A DNA stretch of 64,000 nt from an uncultured delta proteobacterium (GCA_963793865.1 CAWCBP010000001.1:416001-480000), one strand, 5' to 3'. Numbered from the stretch's first letter, positions 1 to 9,859 are shown. Notes: a model not told the origin generated them from the letters alone. Numbers and translations: made by a program.

Positions 1-1214
1 GGGATGTAGTTGGTTGACCATCCCCGCACGTGCCCGGGCAGGCCGTCTGCCCGGCCCTCAACCAGCACGCTTAATTCCCTGCCCAGCGAGGCCGCATAAA
101 ATGCCTTTCTCTTCCCGGCGCCGATGTCTCTCAGGACGGCGCTCCGGGCCTTTATGGTCTGCTGCGGCACCTGTCCGGGAAAATCCGCGGCGGCCGTTTT
201 CTCTCTTCGCGAGTAGGGAAACACATGCGCGTAGCTGATGGGGAGCGACTCAAGCATGGCGCAGGTTGAGCGGAACTGTGCATCGGTTTCCCCGGGAAAC
301 CCGGCTATGAGATCGGTGCCCAGGCAGAGGTGGGGGATGGCTGCATGCAGCGCGTGAGCGAGCGCTCTGAAATCGGCCACCCGGTAGGGCCGGTTCATGA
401 GCTTGAGAATTCCGTCATCACCGCTTTGCAGGGGAAGGTGCAGGTGGGGGCAGATGGTCCGGGATGCGGCGAGGAAGGCAATAAGATCCGTGCTTACATC
501 CATCGGCTCAAGGGAGCTCAAGCGCACGCGGGGCACCGGCTTATCGCGATCGATTGCTTTCAGCAGCGAGAGCAGGCTGCTGCGGGGAGTGAGGTCGATC
601 CCGTAGGCGCCCAGGTGAATGCCGCTTAAGACGACTTCCCTGAAGCCGGCCTCGCTCAGCGTACAGAGCCGCGTGAGCACTTCATCAGGGGGCAGGCTGC
701 GGTACCTGCCGCGCGCGAAGGGAACGATGCAGTAGCTGCAGAATGACTCGCACCCGTCCTGGATCTTCAGAAAGGCCCTGGTGTGGTCCGGGAAGGAGTG
801 CAGGGGAGGGTCCTTGAAGCAGGTCTCCCGGTTGGGGTCAGCGACGATGATCGCCGCCGGAGATGCGCTACTGAGCCGGTCGACGAAGTCGGCTATGCCG
901 TGCTTTTCAGCGTTGCCCAGCACCAGGGAGACGCCGGGCATCTGCGCCGGCACATCCGGCGAGACCTGGGCATAGCAGCCGGTGACGATGATCCGTGCCG
1001 CGGGATTGGCCTTGCGCGCCCGGCGGATGAGCTGGCGCGACTGGTAATCGGTTTTCCCGGTGACGGTGCAGGTGTTGATGATGTAAATATCCGCCTTTGA
1101 CCGGAAGGCGGTGATGCGGTACCCCCGCGCGGCAAGGGCTTCCTTCATCGCCGCCGATTCGTACTGATTGACCTTGCAGCCCAGGGTGGTTATCGCAACG
1201 GTTGTGGTCTTCAT
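1..1214 (-). CDS. mtaB: tRNA t6A37 methylthiotransferase MtaB (3' end runs off window)
   Basis: Absent from ORF track (no stop in window). Manual translation from ATG at 1214: MKTTTVAITTLGCKVNQYES...INTCTVT...VTGCYAQ (UPF0004 domain), RAFLKIQDGCESFCSYCIVP (radical SAM CxxxCxxC), HLPLQSG, GFPGET. Confidence 0.9.
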   Translation of the reverse strand, partial: MKTTTVAITTLGCKVNQYESAAMKEALAARGYRITAFRSKADIYIINTCTVTGKTDYQSRQLIRRARKANPAARIIVTGCYAQVSPDVPAQMPGVSLVLGNAEKHGIADFVDRLSSASPAAIIVADPNRETCFKDPPLHSFPDHTRAFLKIQDGCESFCSYCIVPFARGRYRSLPPDEVLTRLCTLSEAGFREVVLSGIHLGAYGIDLTPRSSLLSLLKAIDRDKPVPRVRLSSLEPMDVSTDLIAFLAASRTICPHLHLPLQSGDDGILKLMNRPYRVADFRALAHALHAAIPHLCLGTDLIAGFPGETDAQFRSTCAMLESLPISYAHVFPYSRREKTAAADFPGQVPQQTIKARSAVLRDIGAGKRKAFYAASLGRELSVLVEGRADGLPGHVRGWSTNYI

Positions 1215-1244
1215 GGTTCAATCGGGTTGAGGTTCGATACGAAT

Positions 1245-1290
1245 CGACGCGAACGTCCAACATCGAACATCCAACGTTCAACATTCAATG
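1245..1290. repeat. Heptamer array (tcaacgt/ccaacat type), half copy
   Basis: aacgtccaacatcgaacatccaacgttcaacattcaa; same family at 1484, 7788, 21049 and 24768. Confidence 0.75.
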
Positions 1291-1483
1291 CAAGACACTT
1301 TTCCTTCACTCAAGGTTAGTTGGTGCAGCCCATAAAATTTACACAATTGTTAACCCTGATTCTGCTGAAAAGCAAGTGAAAGAATGGCACCGAATTGTAA
1401 AAGTGCTTGATTAGGATTACCGGCTATGCTATGAGGCTGACCTTGTTGGAGATGAGAGTCAGGAAACAGGATCAGAAGGAAAA

Positions 1484-1590
1484 CATCGAATACAAACGTC
1501 CACCATCGAACGTCTCAACGTTCAACGTCCAATAAAAGGCCCGTTTCCTTCGTTCGACGTTGGATGTTGGAAGTTGAACGTTCAACGTTC
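1484..1590. repeat. Heptamer array followed by its reverse complement (long imperfect hairpin)
   Basis: aacgtccaccatcgaacgtc..tcaacgttcaacgtccaa then ttcgacgttggatgttggaagttgaacgttcaacgttc. Confidence 0.8.
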
Positions 1591-1647
1591 ATCTTTTTTT
1601 CATATTTACTGATGCCCGCAAGGGACAGATGCCTCACAAGGTGATTT

Positions 1648-3003
1648 ATGGCTACCGTGGCTGCTTTTAAAGGGGTGCTGTACAATCCGGAGCGGGCGGG
1701 GGAGTTGAGCAGGGTTACCGCGCCTCCCTACGATATTATTTCGCCCGCGCAGCAGGAAGGATACTACAACGACAGTCCCTACAATATTATCAGGCTGATA
1801 CTGGGAAAGCAGCATCCTGAGGATTCTGAAACGGACAACCGCTATACCCGCGCCGCCGCCTTTTTCAAAGCGTGGCAGGAGGAATCGGTGCTCAAGCGGG
1901 ATGCCGTTCCCGGCCTCTATTTTTATCACCAGGAATTTTCCGGCGGGGAAGAAGGAAGGTTGACCCGCGACGGCTTCATCGCCCTGGTCCGTCTCGAGGA
2001 GCGGGAAGAGGGGGTGATCATCCCTCACGAAAAGACCCTGGACCAGCCCAAGCAGGACCGGCTCAGGCTGATGAAGGCCTGCTCGGCAAATTTCAGCTCC
2101 ATCTTTTCCCTCTACTCCGATCCCGGCGATGATATCAACCGCATGCTCAAAGGGGCTGCTGCCGATTCCTCACCCATGGAAGCGACCGACCATGATCAAA
2201 CCCTGCATCAGCTCCGGCGGGTCTCCGACCCCGGCATTATCCGGGAGGTGGCGCGGCGGCTGAGCGGCCAGTCACTGTTTATCGCGGATGGTCACCATCG
2301 CTACGAGACGGCGCTTAACTACCGCCGCTGGCTGCGGGAAAGCAATCCCCGGCATACGGGGAGGGAATCCTACAACTATGTGATGATGTACCTGACCCCG
2401 CTCCAGGGCCGGGGCCTGCTCATACTCCCCTATCATCGTGTCATTCAGCACATAAAGTCATTTGAATTTGAAGGGTTCGAGCGCAAACTTCAACAATATT
2501 TTGATGTTGCTCGGGTGGCCATTGACGGCGACAATCCACAGGCATCATTGAACGCCTTTCTGGCCCGGCTGCGCGAAGAAGGTAAAAAACGTCCCGCCTT
2601 CGGTATGTACGGCCTGAATCAGACATGCTATCACCTGCTGACGCTCAAGGAGGGGGTGTACTCGTCCCTGAGTGATGATGAAACCGGTTCGGCGTCCCTG
2701 AAGAAGCTGGATGTCAATGTTATCGAGACCTTTATTTTCAAGCAGGCGCTGGGCATAACCAGCAAGGACCTGCAGATGGAGGGGAACATTACCTACGTGC
2801 ATCACGACACTGAATGCCTGGAACTGGTGAAAGACAAGGGGTATCAGCTGGCGTTCATCATGAATCCGACCAGGGCGGAGGAAATCCAGGACATCGCCGG
2901 CAGGGGAGAAACCATGCCCCAGAAATCCACCTTTTTCTACCCCAAGCTGTTAAGCGGACTGGTGATGAACCGGATTGTCCCGGGAGAGATGATTGAGCCT
3001 TGA
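1648..3003 (+). CDS. DUF1015 family protein
   Basis: APPYDII, IIPHEKT, LFIADGHHRYETA and MPQKSTFFYPKLLSGL are the characteristic family motifs. Confidence 0.9.
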   Translation: MATVAAFKGVLYNPERAGELSRVTAPPYDIISPAQQEGYYNDSPYNIIRLILGKQHPEDSETDNRYTRAAAFFKAWQEESVLKRDAVPGLYFYHQEFSGGEEGRLTRDGFIALVRLEEREEGVIIPHEKTLDQPKQDRLRLMKACSANFSSIFSLYSDPGDDINRMLKGAAADSSPMEATDHDQTLHQLRRVSDPGIIREVARRLSGQSLFIADGHHRYETALNYRRWLRESNPRHTGRESYNYVMMYLTPLQGRGLLILPYHRVIQHIKSFEFEGFERKLQQYFDVARVAIDGDNPQASLNAFLARLREEGKKRPAFGMYGLNQTCYHLLTLKEGVYSSLSDDETGSASLKKLDVNVIETFIFKQALGITSKDLQMEGNITYVHHDTECLELVKDKGYQLAFIMNPTRAEEIQDIAGRGETMPQKSTFFYPKLLSGLVMNRIVPGEMIEP

Positions 3004-3749
3004 TAAAGATGGAAAGCCTCGTCGGGGAAGATGAAAAGCTTGATGAGCTCTTTGACGGCCGCATCCGCATCATTCAGAAAAAAGCAGGCTACCGGTTTTC
3101 ACTGGATGCCGTTCTGCTCGCCCATTTCGCCGCTCGCATTCCCGCCGCTTCCGTCATCGACCTGGGCACGGGAAGCGGCATTGTCCCGCTCATCCTGGCC
3201 CGGAAGTCGGCGTCCGCAAAGATAACCGGAGTCGAGGTGCAGCCCGGCCTGGCCGACATGGCGCGGCGCAGCATCGAGCTTAACGGCCTGAGCGGGCGGG
3301 TTGCCATCGCGCGGGGCGACATCCGCGAGCTTGCCGCCGTCTTCCCTTCAGCATCGTTTGACCTGGTTGTGAGCAACCCTCCCTACTATCCCCTGGACAA
3401 CGGACGAATCAATCCCCACCAGGAAAAGGCCATTGCCCGCCATGAGATCAAGGCCACGGTAGAGGATGTCATCAGGGTTGCGCATTACCTGGCGGCCGAC
3501 TCCGGTTCCGTGCTGATAATCTTCCCCGCGAAGCGGCTTATCCAGCTGTTGTACGCCTTTAAGACGGCCGGCCTTAAGCCCCGATGTTTAAGGATTATTT
3601 ACAGCCGGCTTTCCGGCGAGGCCAAGCTGGTCCTGGTTGAGGGGTGCAGGGGAGGGAACCCGGAGCTGGAGATAGCCGGGCCGTTCAGCATCTACGGGGC
3701 TGACGGGGAATACTCGGCGGAGATGAAAGCGATTTATGAGGGGCTGTAA
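3000..3749 (+). CDS. tRNA1(Val) A37 N6-methyltransferase-like (TrmN6/YabB family)
   Basis: IIQKKAGYRFSLDAVLLA, DLGTGSG SAM motif, SNPPY, IARHE; start may be the ATG at 3009. Confidence 0.85.
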   Translation: MIKMESLVGEDEKLDELFDGRIRIIQKKAGYRFSLDAVLLAHFAARIPAASVIDLGTGSGIVPLILARKSASAKITGVEVQPGLADMARRSIELNGLSGRVAIARGDIRELAAVFPSASFDLVVSNPPYYPLDNGRINPHQEKAIARHEIKATVEDVIRVAHYLAADSGSVLIIFPAKRLIQLLYAFKTAGLKPRCLRIIYSRLSGEAKLVLVEGCRGGNPELEIAGPFSIYGADGEYSAEMKAIYEGL

Positions 3750-3756
3750 GCGGTGT

Positions 3757-4080
3757 TTATTCTTCCCTGGTGACTTCGCCGATGCGGAAGCGGATGTCGC
3801 TGATCACCCTTTCCCCGATCCGCTCGTTGATCCGCTCGACGATCTGCCGCTTCATGAATTCCAGCTGCTGCATCCAGGTTGAGTTGGAAACGTTCACCCA
3901 GAGAACCATGGCGCGTATCTGCCCGGGCAGGGTCTGGCGGGCTATGGCGTCCCCCACCACGCTGTCCCATTCATCCCAGATCCGGTACTGCTTTACCTTG
4001 ATACCCAGGTTGAGCGAGCTCAGCACGCGTTCCAGCACGCTGTTAACCTGTTCGGGGGCCTTCGATTTCCTCTGTTTCAT
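3757..4080 (-). CDS. DUF721/DciA family protein
   Basis: WDSVVGDAIARQT...LWVNVSNSTWMQQLEFMKRQIVERIN...ISDIRF pattern. Confidence 0.8.
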   Translation of the reverse strand: MKQRKSKAPEQVNSVLERVLSSLNLGIKVKQYRIWDEWDSVVGDAIARQTLPGQIRAMVLWVNVSNSTWMQQLEFMKRQIVERINERIGERVISDIRFRIGEVTREE

Positions 4081-4336
4081 GCGGCGATCCTTCTCCTCAT
4101 GTGTTTGCCATGTTCTATCAGAGCCGGGAGGATTTATAAAGCAAATTGTAAAAGGTGTATTGCCATGCACCCTGCATTAAGGAAAGAGCGGGCGGCTGGT
4201 GACACTAAACAGTATACCTCATATACAAAAACAATGATTGCCGGCTGTTTTAAAAATTGACTTTGTTTTCTGTTTTCTGTATTGTTGCAGTCGTCGCTCC
4301 ATGTTTTGCTTCGCACATTGACAAAATGGTACGGAT

Positions 4337-4663
4337 ATGGCTGACTGGAGAAAGCACCCCCGGCTGGAGTTCGGCATCAAGGTGATCAACAAGGAAACCA
4401 AGGCGGTTGCCGCCATGTCGGATATTTCAGTAGGAGGGTGTTTTGTCAAAGAGTCAGAGGGGTTTCCCGTCCTGCCCATCGATACCAGGATACCGCTGGC
4501 GTTTGAAATACCCGGCAAGGACGAGTACGAAGATATCTACATCGAGGTTGAGGGCAGGGTTGTGCACCACGGTAAGGAGGGAAACGGCATGGGCATCAAC
4601 TTCGTGATGGTTGAGCCTGCTGCCGCAAATATAATTAGCAACTTTGTCAAGGCCTACCTCTAG
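4337..4663 (+). CDS. Stand-alone PilZ domain protein
   Basis: RKHPR (RxxxR) and DISVGG (DxSxxG) c-di-GMP motifs, GMGINF. Confidence 0.88.
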   Translation: MADWRKHPRLEFGIKVINKETKAVAAMSDISVGGCFVKESEGFPVLPIDTRIPLAFEIPGKDEYEDIYIEVEGRVVHHGKEGNGMGINFVMVEPAAANIISNFVKAYL

Positions 4664-4817
4664 CAGGCTGGTGAAAAACACCCATCTGCTTCGTTACGTT
4701 CATCCTTCGTCATTGCAGCGTACGGGATAGTACGCCTCATTCCTCAGGATTTCACGTGCCTTGCATCTGGATGTTTTTGACCAGCCTGAGGAAAACTACT
4801 TTTTCAACAGTCTGTTT
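4661..4817. mobile_element. MITE-like non-autonomous element, copy 1
   Basis: tagcaggctggtgaaaaacacccatc...ggatgtttttgaccagcctg...tttttcaacagtctg; highly similar to 10505 and 61043; inverted ends. Confidence 0.7.
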
Positions 4818-7555
4818 ACGCTCATCTCCGACTGCATGACAGCCCCACCGCTTTCTCCCAGAAGATCTCCCGCCAGATCGCGCGCGTATCCCGGATAGCT
4901 CCCGGGATTTTTTGTCATCTCCAGAAGACAGGGTCCTGCCTCTTCCGCTTTGTCCCGCAATGATTCAAAGGCCGCAAAGCGAACCGAGTAATGATCATCG
5001 GCCAGCAGCGAGGCAAGGGTTTTGATCGCGGCGGCTTCCCTGCTGCCGCCGAGGGCGATGGCGCAAAATTTTCGCACCGCCGGCGTTTCATCCGCCGCAG
5101 CGGTGAGAAGTCTCTCCGCCGGAAGCCCGTGCTGTAACCTGCTGATGCCCCTCATGGCTGCTGTTCGTACCATCCCGTCACCGGACTGCAAACATGAGAG
5201 AAAGGTTTCGAGAGAGCCGTCATCCTTCAGATCGCCGAGCACCGAAAGGATGAATGACGCGAGACGAGGCTCACGCGCATGCTCTTTCACCGCTTCCCGC
5301 AGCACGGGTGCTGCGGACAGCCCCATCCCGGCGATGATTTCCCTGGCGGTAAAGGAAAGCTGAACATCGTTTATCCTGACGTACTCCAGCAGACGGGGCA
5401 GGATGGCCGGCCCGCGTGATGCCAGCTCCTTAACCGCCGCCTGTCGTACCTCTTCATAGTTAAGGTCAACCTCCAGTTCAGGCAGGGGCTCATAATCCTC
5501 GAACAGCGCCGTCGTGCCCGTCTCAGGAGCCTGCGGCTGAAGGCCGGAGCTGCTTATTCCCCGCCAGTCAGGCGGGTCAAGCAGGGCGGAGGCATCGATG
5601 CCGCCGCCATAGTATCCCTGCCGCCAGCGGTGATTGTTTTTCCCCGCTCCGCTGTACTCGTCCGTTCCCCCCAGATCAAGCGCCAATCCGATGCTGCCTT
5701 CCTTCTCTTCATCGCAGTACTGCCCGTTTCCCTGGCTGCAGAATGAACCGCTCCGGTAGGCATCGTCTCCCCGGCGGTCGACAAGTATTCCGGCGCCGGA
5801 TTTGCCGCCGGTTCCCTGGGCAAACCAGGTCGCGCTGTAGCGATCATCTCCGCCTGCGTCGGAGAGCAGCCCCTGGGCACGGTCGTAACCGCATCCCTGG
5901 GCTGCCCCCCACGCCTCATACACATCATTTCCCGAGCCGTCGAGCAGCGCGCCCGCGGCCCTGTGGGTTGCCGCTCCCTGGGAGTAGCGACGCGCCAGGT
6001 AGCTGTCGCTTCCCGCGCGGTCGATGAGCAGGCCCGTGCCCAGCCAGTAGCCCGCCCCCTGGGCGAAGTAGCTGCCGCTGTAATGATCATTGCCTTCACC
6101 GTTCCAGAGAATGCCCAAACCACCGGAGGCGTAATTCCTGTCCCCGAAACCGCACCCCTGCGCGAAGCTGACAAACGCGCCTTCCGGCTCCCTGGAATCG
6201 GGATAGGTGCCCCCGGAGAAAAAGGTGTCGTCTCCCCGCCAGTCGATTGCGAGGCCCAAGCCGCCGGTAAAAGCCGAGCCCTGGTTGTACAGGCTGCCGT
6301 GGCAGGAATCGTTTCCCTCCCGGTCGGATAAAATGCCGATGCCGAAGGCCGCCGCCCCCTGGGCCATGGTGTCGGCGCGATAGCGGTCATTGCCCGCCCG
6401 GTCGTCGAGAACCCCCACGCCGAAAAAACCGCACCCCTGGGAGAAGTCCGCCGCGAGATAGGTGTCATCTCCGGCGCAGTCAACCAGGAAGCTGCACCCG
6501 AAGGCGGCGCTTCCCTGGGTATATTTTTTAGTCGAGCGGTGGAGGTCATCCCCCGCCAGATCGATGATCACGCTTGCCGAAGCGTTAAACGGAGAGAGGG
6601 AAGGGGAGGAGTACACATTGTGATACTCGTCATCCCCTCCGAGATCGATGATCAGCAGGGGATTGATGGCGCTGTAGAAGCTTGGCCCCCTGCCGCCGAT
6701 GATTATGGTGCCCCAGGGTGTTTCCTCGCGGGCAATGATGTCGCCCTTGAGCTCGCCGCTTGCCGCCGGGATGCCCGTGCCGCTCATCCTTTGCAGGCGG
6801 CCGCCTGCCTCCAGGATGCGGTCAATGGCGCCGGCAAGGGAAATAACCGCGCGGTACAAGTCGGCAGTTCGCATGTTTGCCGCAAGAGCATGGGCCGTCT
6901 GCTTCGCACGGTGCTGATCGATTTTGAGCGGTGTGGGTTGCGGCGCACCTGACCTGGCGGCGCCTTCTTTGGCCGGCATCGCCTTGTCTTTCAGCAGCAT
7001 CTCGGAGAAATAATGCCTGAGAAACAGGATTTCTTGCTGTGAGAGTGTCCCAAAGGCCTGATTCATTTTCAGGCGGCAGGCAACAATGGCGGAGAGCAGC
7101 TCCATGATTGCCGGCTTTGCATCCGGCGAAATGCCCGAAAGCATGCTGCTGCAATCCATTTCCGCAATGGCCGGTTCTTCCGGGGATGCCGAGGTGAGAT
7201 CAATCTCCAGCTCGCTGACCGCCAGGGTCAGAAGCTGGGCCAGGCCGGTATGGCGATTTTCCAGCCGTCTTGAAAGGTGCCCGGCGTATGATTCAATGGT
7301 GAGGGGGTCTGCAAGGAAGCTCCGCGTTTTGTCCATGAAATACGGGTCCCTTACATGGGCCGGGGTTTCTATGGCAAGATCACTGACTGTCAGCCTCAGG
7401 TGGCTCAGCAGCATCTGCAGGGGATTTACATCCGCCCGCTGCTGCAACGGGCTGCCGACACCGGCGGCGTTGCGGTGTGAGCCGGCATGGTAGAGGCATC
7501 CCGAAAGCAGGGTGCATATAAGGAAGAGCATGGCTGCGATGCGGCTCTTATGCAT
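4796..7555 (-). CDS. Large putative lipoprotein with Gly/Asp-rich DxxGxDxY repeats and C-terminal HEAT repeats
   Basis: Lipobox-like LLSGC after a hydrophobic stretch; repeated D-x-x-G-(D/N)-D-x-Y...(A/S)QG units; HEAT-like VRTAAMRGI / VRKFCAIALG / VRFAAFESL; true start probably 7555 or later. Confidence 0.7.
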   Translation of the reverse strand: MHKSRIAAMLFLICTLLSGCLYHAGSHRNAAGVGSPLQQRADVNPLQMLLSHLRLTVSDLAIETPAHVRDPYFMDKTRSFLADPLTIESYAGHLSRRLENRHTGLAQLLTLAVSELEIDLTSASPEEPAIAEMDCSSMLSGISPDAKPAIMELLSAIVACRLKMNQAFGTLSQQEILFLRHYFSEMLLKDKAMPAKEGAARSGAPQPTPLKIDQHRAKQTAHALAANMRTADLYRAVISLAGAIDRILEAGGRLQRMSGTGIPAASGELKGDIIAREETPWGTIIIGGRGPSFYSAINPLLIIDLGGDDEYHNVYSSPSLSPFNASASVIIDLAGDDLHRSTKKYTQGSAAFGCSFLVDCAGDDTYLAADFSQGCGFFGVGVLDDRAGNDRYRADTMAQGAAAFGIGILSDREGNDSCHGSLYNQGSAFTGGLGLAIDWRGDDTFFSGGTYPDSREPEGAFVSFAQGCGFGDRNYASGGLGILWNGEGNDHYSGSYFAQGAGYWLGTGLLIDRAGSDSYLARRYSQGAATHRAAGALLDGSGNDVYEAWGAAQGCGYDRAQGLLSDAGGDDRYSATWFAQGTGGKSGAGILVDRRGDDAYRSGSFCSQGNGQYCDEEKEGSIGLALDLGGTDEYSGAGKNNHRWRQGYYGGGIDASALLDPPDWRGISSSGLQPQAPETGTTALFEDYEPLPELEVDLNYEEVRQAAVKELASRGPAILPRLLEYVRINDVQLSFTAREIIAGMGLSAAPVLREAVKEHAREPRLASFILSVLGDLKDDGSLETFLSCLQSGDGMVRTAAMRGISRLQHGLPAERLLTAAADETPAVRKFCAIALGGSREAAAIKTLASLLADDHYSVRFAAFESLRDKAEEAGPCLLEMTKNPGSYPGYARDLAGDLLGESGGAVMQSEMSVNRLLKK

Positions 7556-7693
7556 GGAAAGCGCGATCCCGTTTCTTGATGATGTTCGATTGATCAGGCG
7601 GCACGGGCAGTGCGGTTCGCGGCCGTGATTTGCCGGGACAGTTTTTATTCTTCTCATCGGCTGCGCGGGCCGGAAAGTAAAGCCTAAACACAC

Positions 7694-7721
7694 TTGACAA
7701 TACAGGGTGATGGAATATGAT
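7694..7721 (+). promoter_or_regulatory. sigma70-type promoter candidate
   Basis: TTGACA-16 nt-TATGAT upstream of the SagB-like gene. Confidence 0.5.
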
Positions 7722-7787
7722 GGGAAACGCAAACAGTTCGTGGAATGGAAGGAAGGAGACAGAAGGCAGGGGGCAGAACAAAGAAGG

Positions 7788-7882
7788 AACGTCCAACATC
7801 GAACTTCCAACGTTCAACTTCCAACGCGAAAAATTGTGCCTTCTTTCAACGTTGGATGTTGGAAGTTGGATGTTCAGCGTTC
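7788..7882. repeat. Heptamer array plus inverse (hairpin), same family as 1484
   Basis: aacgtccaacatcgaacttccaacgttcaacttccaac ... ttcaacgttggatgttggaagttggatgttcagcgttc. Confidence 0.8.
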
Positions 7883-7956
7883 GTTTTTTCAAATTAGAAT
7901 GGAACACAACAGATGCTGCAGTAGTTACCAATGATATATAAGCTGGAGCCGCTTCT

Positions 7957-8745
7957 ATGAAAGAAGGTGTCGGGGACGCGTTTCAGAAGGAAACAAAATA
8001 CCGGCGGGGAAACCTTTCGGGAGGGGGTCTGGACTGGGATGCGAAGCCCGAGACATACAAGCGATACCCCGGGGCTGAGCTGGTTGACCTGCCGCAGCCC
8101 TCATGTGACAAGCCCGGCACGGTCTGGGACGCATTGCGGATGCGCAGAAGCGTGCGGGAATTCGCTGACGGGCCAATCTCCACCGCCCAGCTCTCACAGC
8201 TGCTGTGGGCAGCCCAGGGAATTACCGCCCGGCTCCAGGGTTACGGATTGAGGACCGCCCCTTCAGCGGGGGCGCTCTATCCCCTTGAGCTTTATGTTGC
8301 GGTGCACAATGTTTCAGCGATTGATCAGGGCATGTATCACTACGCGGTGGAAACGCACCAGCTGGAGAGGCTGGAAAAGGGCGACTTCCGCCTCAAGGTG
8401 GCGCGGGCGGCCCTTGATCAGGAAATGGCCTATTCTGCAAACGCGGTCTTTGTGTGGACAGCCGTCTTTGAGCGCTCCATGTGGAAATACAAGCAGCGGG
8501 CCTACCGCTACATTTACCTCGATGCGGGACACAGCGCGCAGAATCTTGCCCTGGCAGCGGTTGCCCTCGGACTGGGAAGCTGCCAGATCGGCGCTCTCTA
8601 CGATGACGAGGCCAACGGGATGCTGGGAGTTGACGGAATCAGCGAGAGTACGATATATATGACGGCAGTAGGGAGGGTCAGGATTGAGGATGCAGGGCAT
8701 GATGCAGGGAAAAACGTCTTCCGGAGATCCTCATCACATTTTTGA
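7957..8745 (+). CDS. SagB/ThcOx family FMN-dependent dehydrogenase (nitroreductase fold)
   Basis: RRSVREF, LSQLLWAAQG, RTAPSAGALYPLELY, KYKQRAYRYIYLDAGHSAQN. Confidence 0.9.
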   Translation: MKEGVGDAFQKETKYRRGNLSGGGLDWDAKPETYKRYPGAELVDLPQPSCDKPGTVWDALRMRRSVREFADGPISTAQLSQLLWAAQGITARLQGYGLRTAPSAGALYPLELYVAVHNVSAIDQGMYHYAVETHQLERLEKGDFRLKVARAALDQEMAYSANAVFVWTAVFERSMWKYKQRAYRYIYLDAGHSAQNLALAAVALGLGSCQIGALYDDEANGMLGVDGISESTIYMTAVGRVRIEDAGHDAGKNVFRRSSSHF

Positions 8746-9030
8746 CCACGAAGCGCACAAAGAAAAAACACGAAGAACACGAAGATCCGAAATCCCAAAC
8801 AAATCCAAAATTCAAATGCCAAATGTTCCAAACGGAGGTAGTCGCAGTTGTTCAATCTGCGGAAATTTTACCATAGCAAGCTATAATAAACGCTGTATAG
8901 GCAAGACTCTCCGATTGCCCACAAAGATCGCAATTTCTACAGCTCGCGGCTGCAACTTCGAAATGACAATGCAGAGTTTTTCATTCTGGACTTGAGTCGC
9001 AGGACCAACTGTCGACCGCTTATAACTGAC

Positions 9031-9070
9031 GCCCTGTACCCTGAACCCTGTACCCTAAACCCTTCACCCT
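9031..9070. repeat. Heptamer array accctgt/accctga/accctaa
   Basis: ccctgtaccctgaaccctgtaccctaaaccctt; related units near 28820, 34668 (inverse) and 52718 (inverse). Confidence 0.7.
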
Positions 9071-9079
9071 GGAGTTTAT

Positions 9080-9626
9080 ATGTCCCGAATCCGCATACCC
9101 AAAGCCCACCCGTTTGTTAAGAGCCTCTGCGCGAAGGCCGGGGTGAAGCTGAGAAACGCGATGACCGCTGATGAGTATGAGCAGGAAGTGGCGCAATTTT
9201 TAAAAGACCACGACATACTCTACCTGGCGACCTCGCGGGATGATGCTGCCCCGCTGTACCCCGCTCGGCTATTTTACCCGCGGGCTGACCGTTTATATCC
9301 TGTCGGAGGGCGGCGGCAAGTTTGCCAACCTCGCGCGCAATGGGAAGGCTGCCTACGGCATAGCATCCCGGGTCAACGGCGGAAGGGGGCTGATGCGGGT
9401 GCGGGGACTGCAGGTGTGGGGAAGGGCGGAAGTGGTTTCAATGAGGAAAAACCGGAAGCGCTTTGAAGAGATCCTGCAATTCACCGGCATCATGGAGTCG
9501 CTGGGCAAGCGGGGGATGAAGGGGCTGCCATCCTTCCACTACCGGTTTATCGTGGTCGAGCCGGAGAAGATCCGCTACCTCAACCTCGGAAAGGGAATTA
9601 ACAATATTTCCTGGGCAAGGCGCTAA
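9080..9626 (+). CDS. Pyridoxamine 5'-phosphate oxidase-like split-barrel flavin-binding protein (frameshift near 9245)
   Basis: Joining ORFs 9080 and 9240 gives FLKDHDILYLATSRDD-PRCTPLGY...YILSEGGGKFANL...RGLQVWG; paralogue of 20436..20978. Confidence 0.75.
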
Positions 9627-9675
9627 GGCTCAGCATAGCGCATTTGTTTCTGATGTGTCTGCTGCCCGGATAGCC

Positions 9676-9727
9676 GGAAGGAGCGGCTTTCAGCCGCGAA
9701 TTGTTCGCGCCTGAAGGCGCTCCTACC
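9676..9727. repeat. REP-like palindromic doublet
   Basis: aggagcggctttcagccgcgaa ... ttcgcgcctgaaggcgctcctac; single arms at 46728 and 50243. Confidence 0.75.
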
Positions 9728-9859
9728 GAAATTTCAAATATGTTTGGCTGGTGTTTAGCGTTTTTGATTTATCACCTGCATCATGTATCATGCATCGTGC
9801 ATCCGGTTTTCATAACCCGCAACGTTATTGTGCCCCCAACCCGCTGAGGAGGAGTGTGC

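Noticed and set aside
7556..7810. N-terminal 85 aa of the 1004-aa ORF
   Set aside because: Spans a promoter and repeat region; a lipoprotein-like signal begins only at about 7555.
7957..8745. RiPP (TOMM) biosynthetic cluster
   Set aside because: The SagB-like gene is stand-alone, with no YcaO, precursor or transporter nearby.
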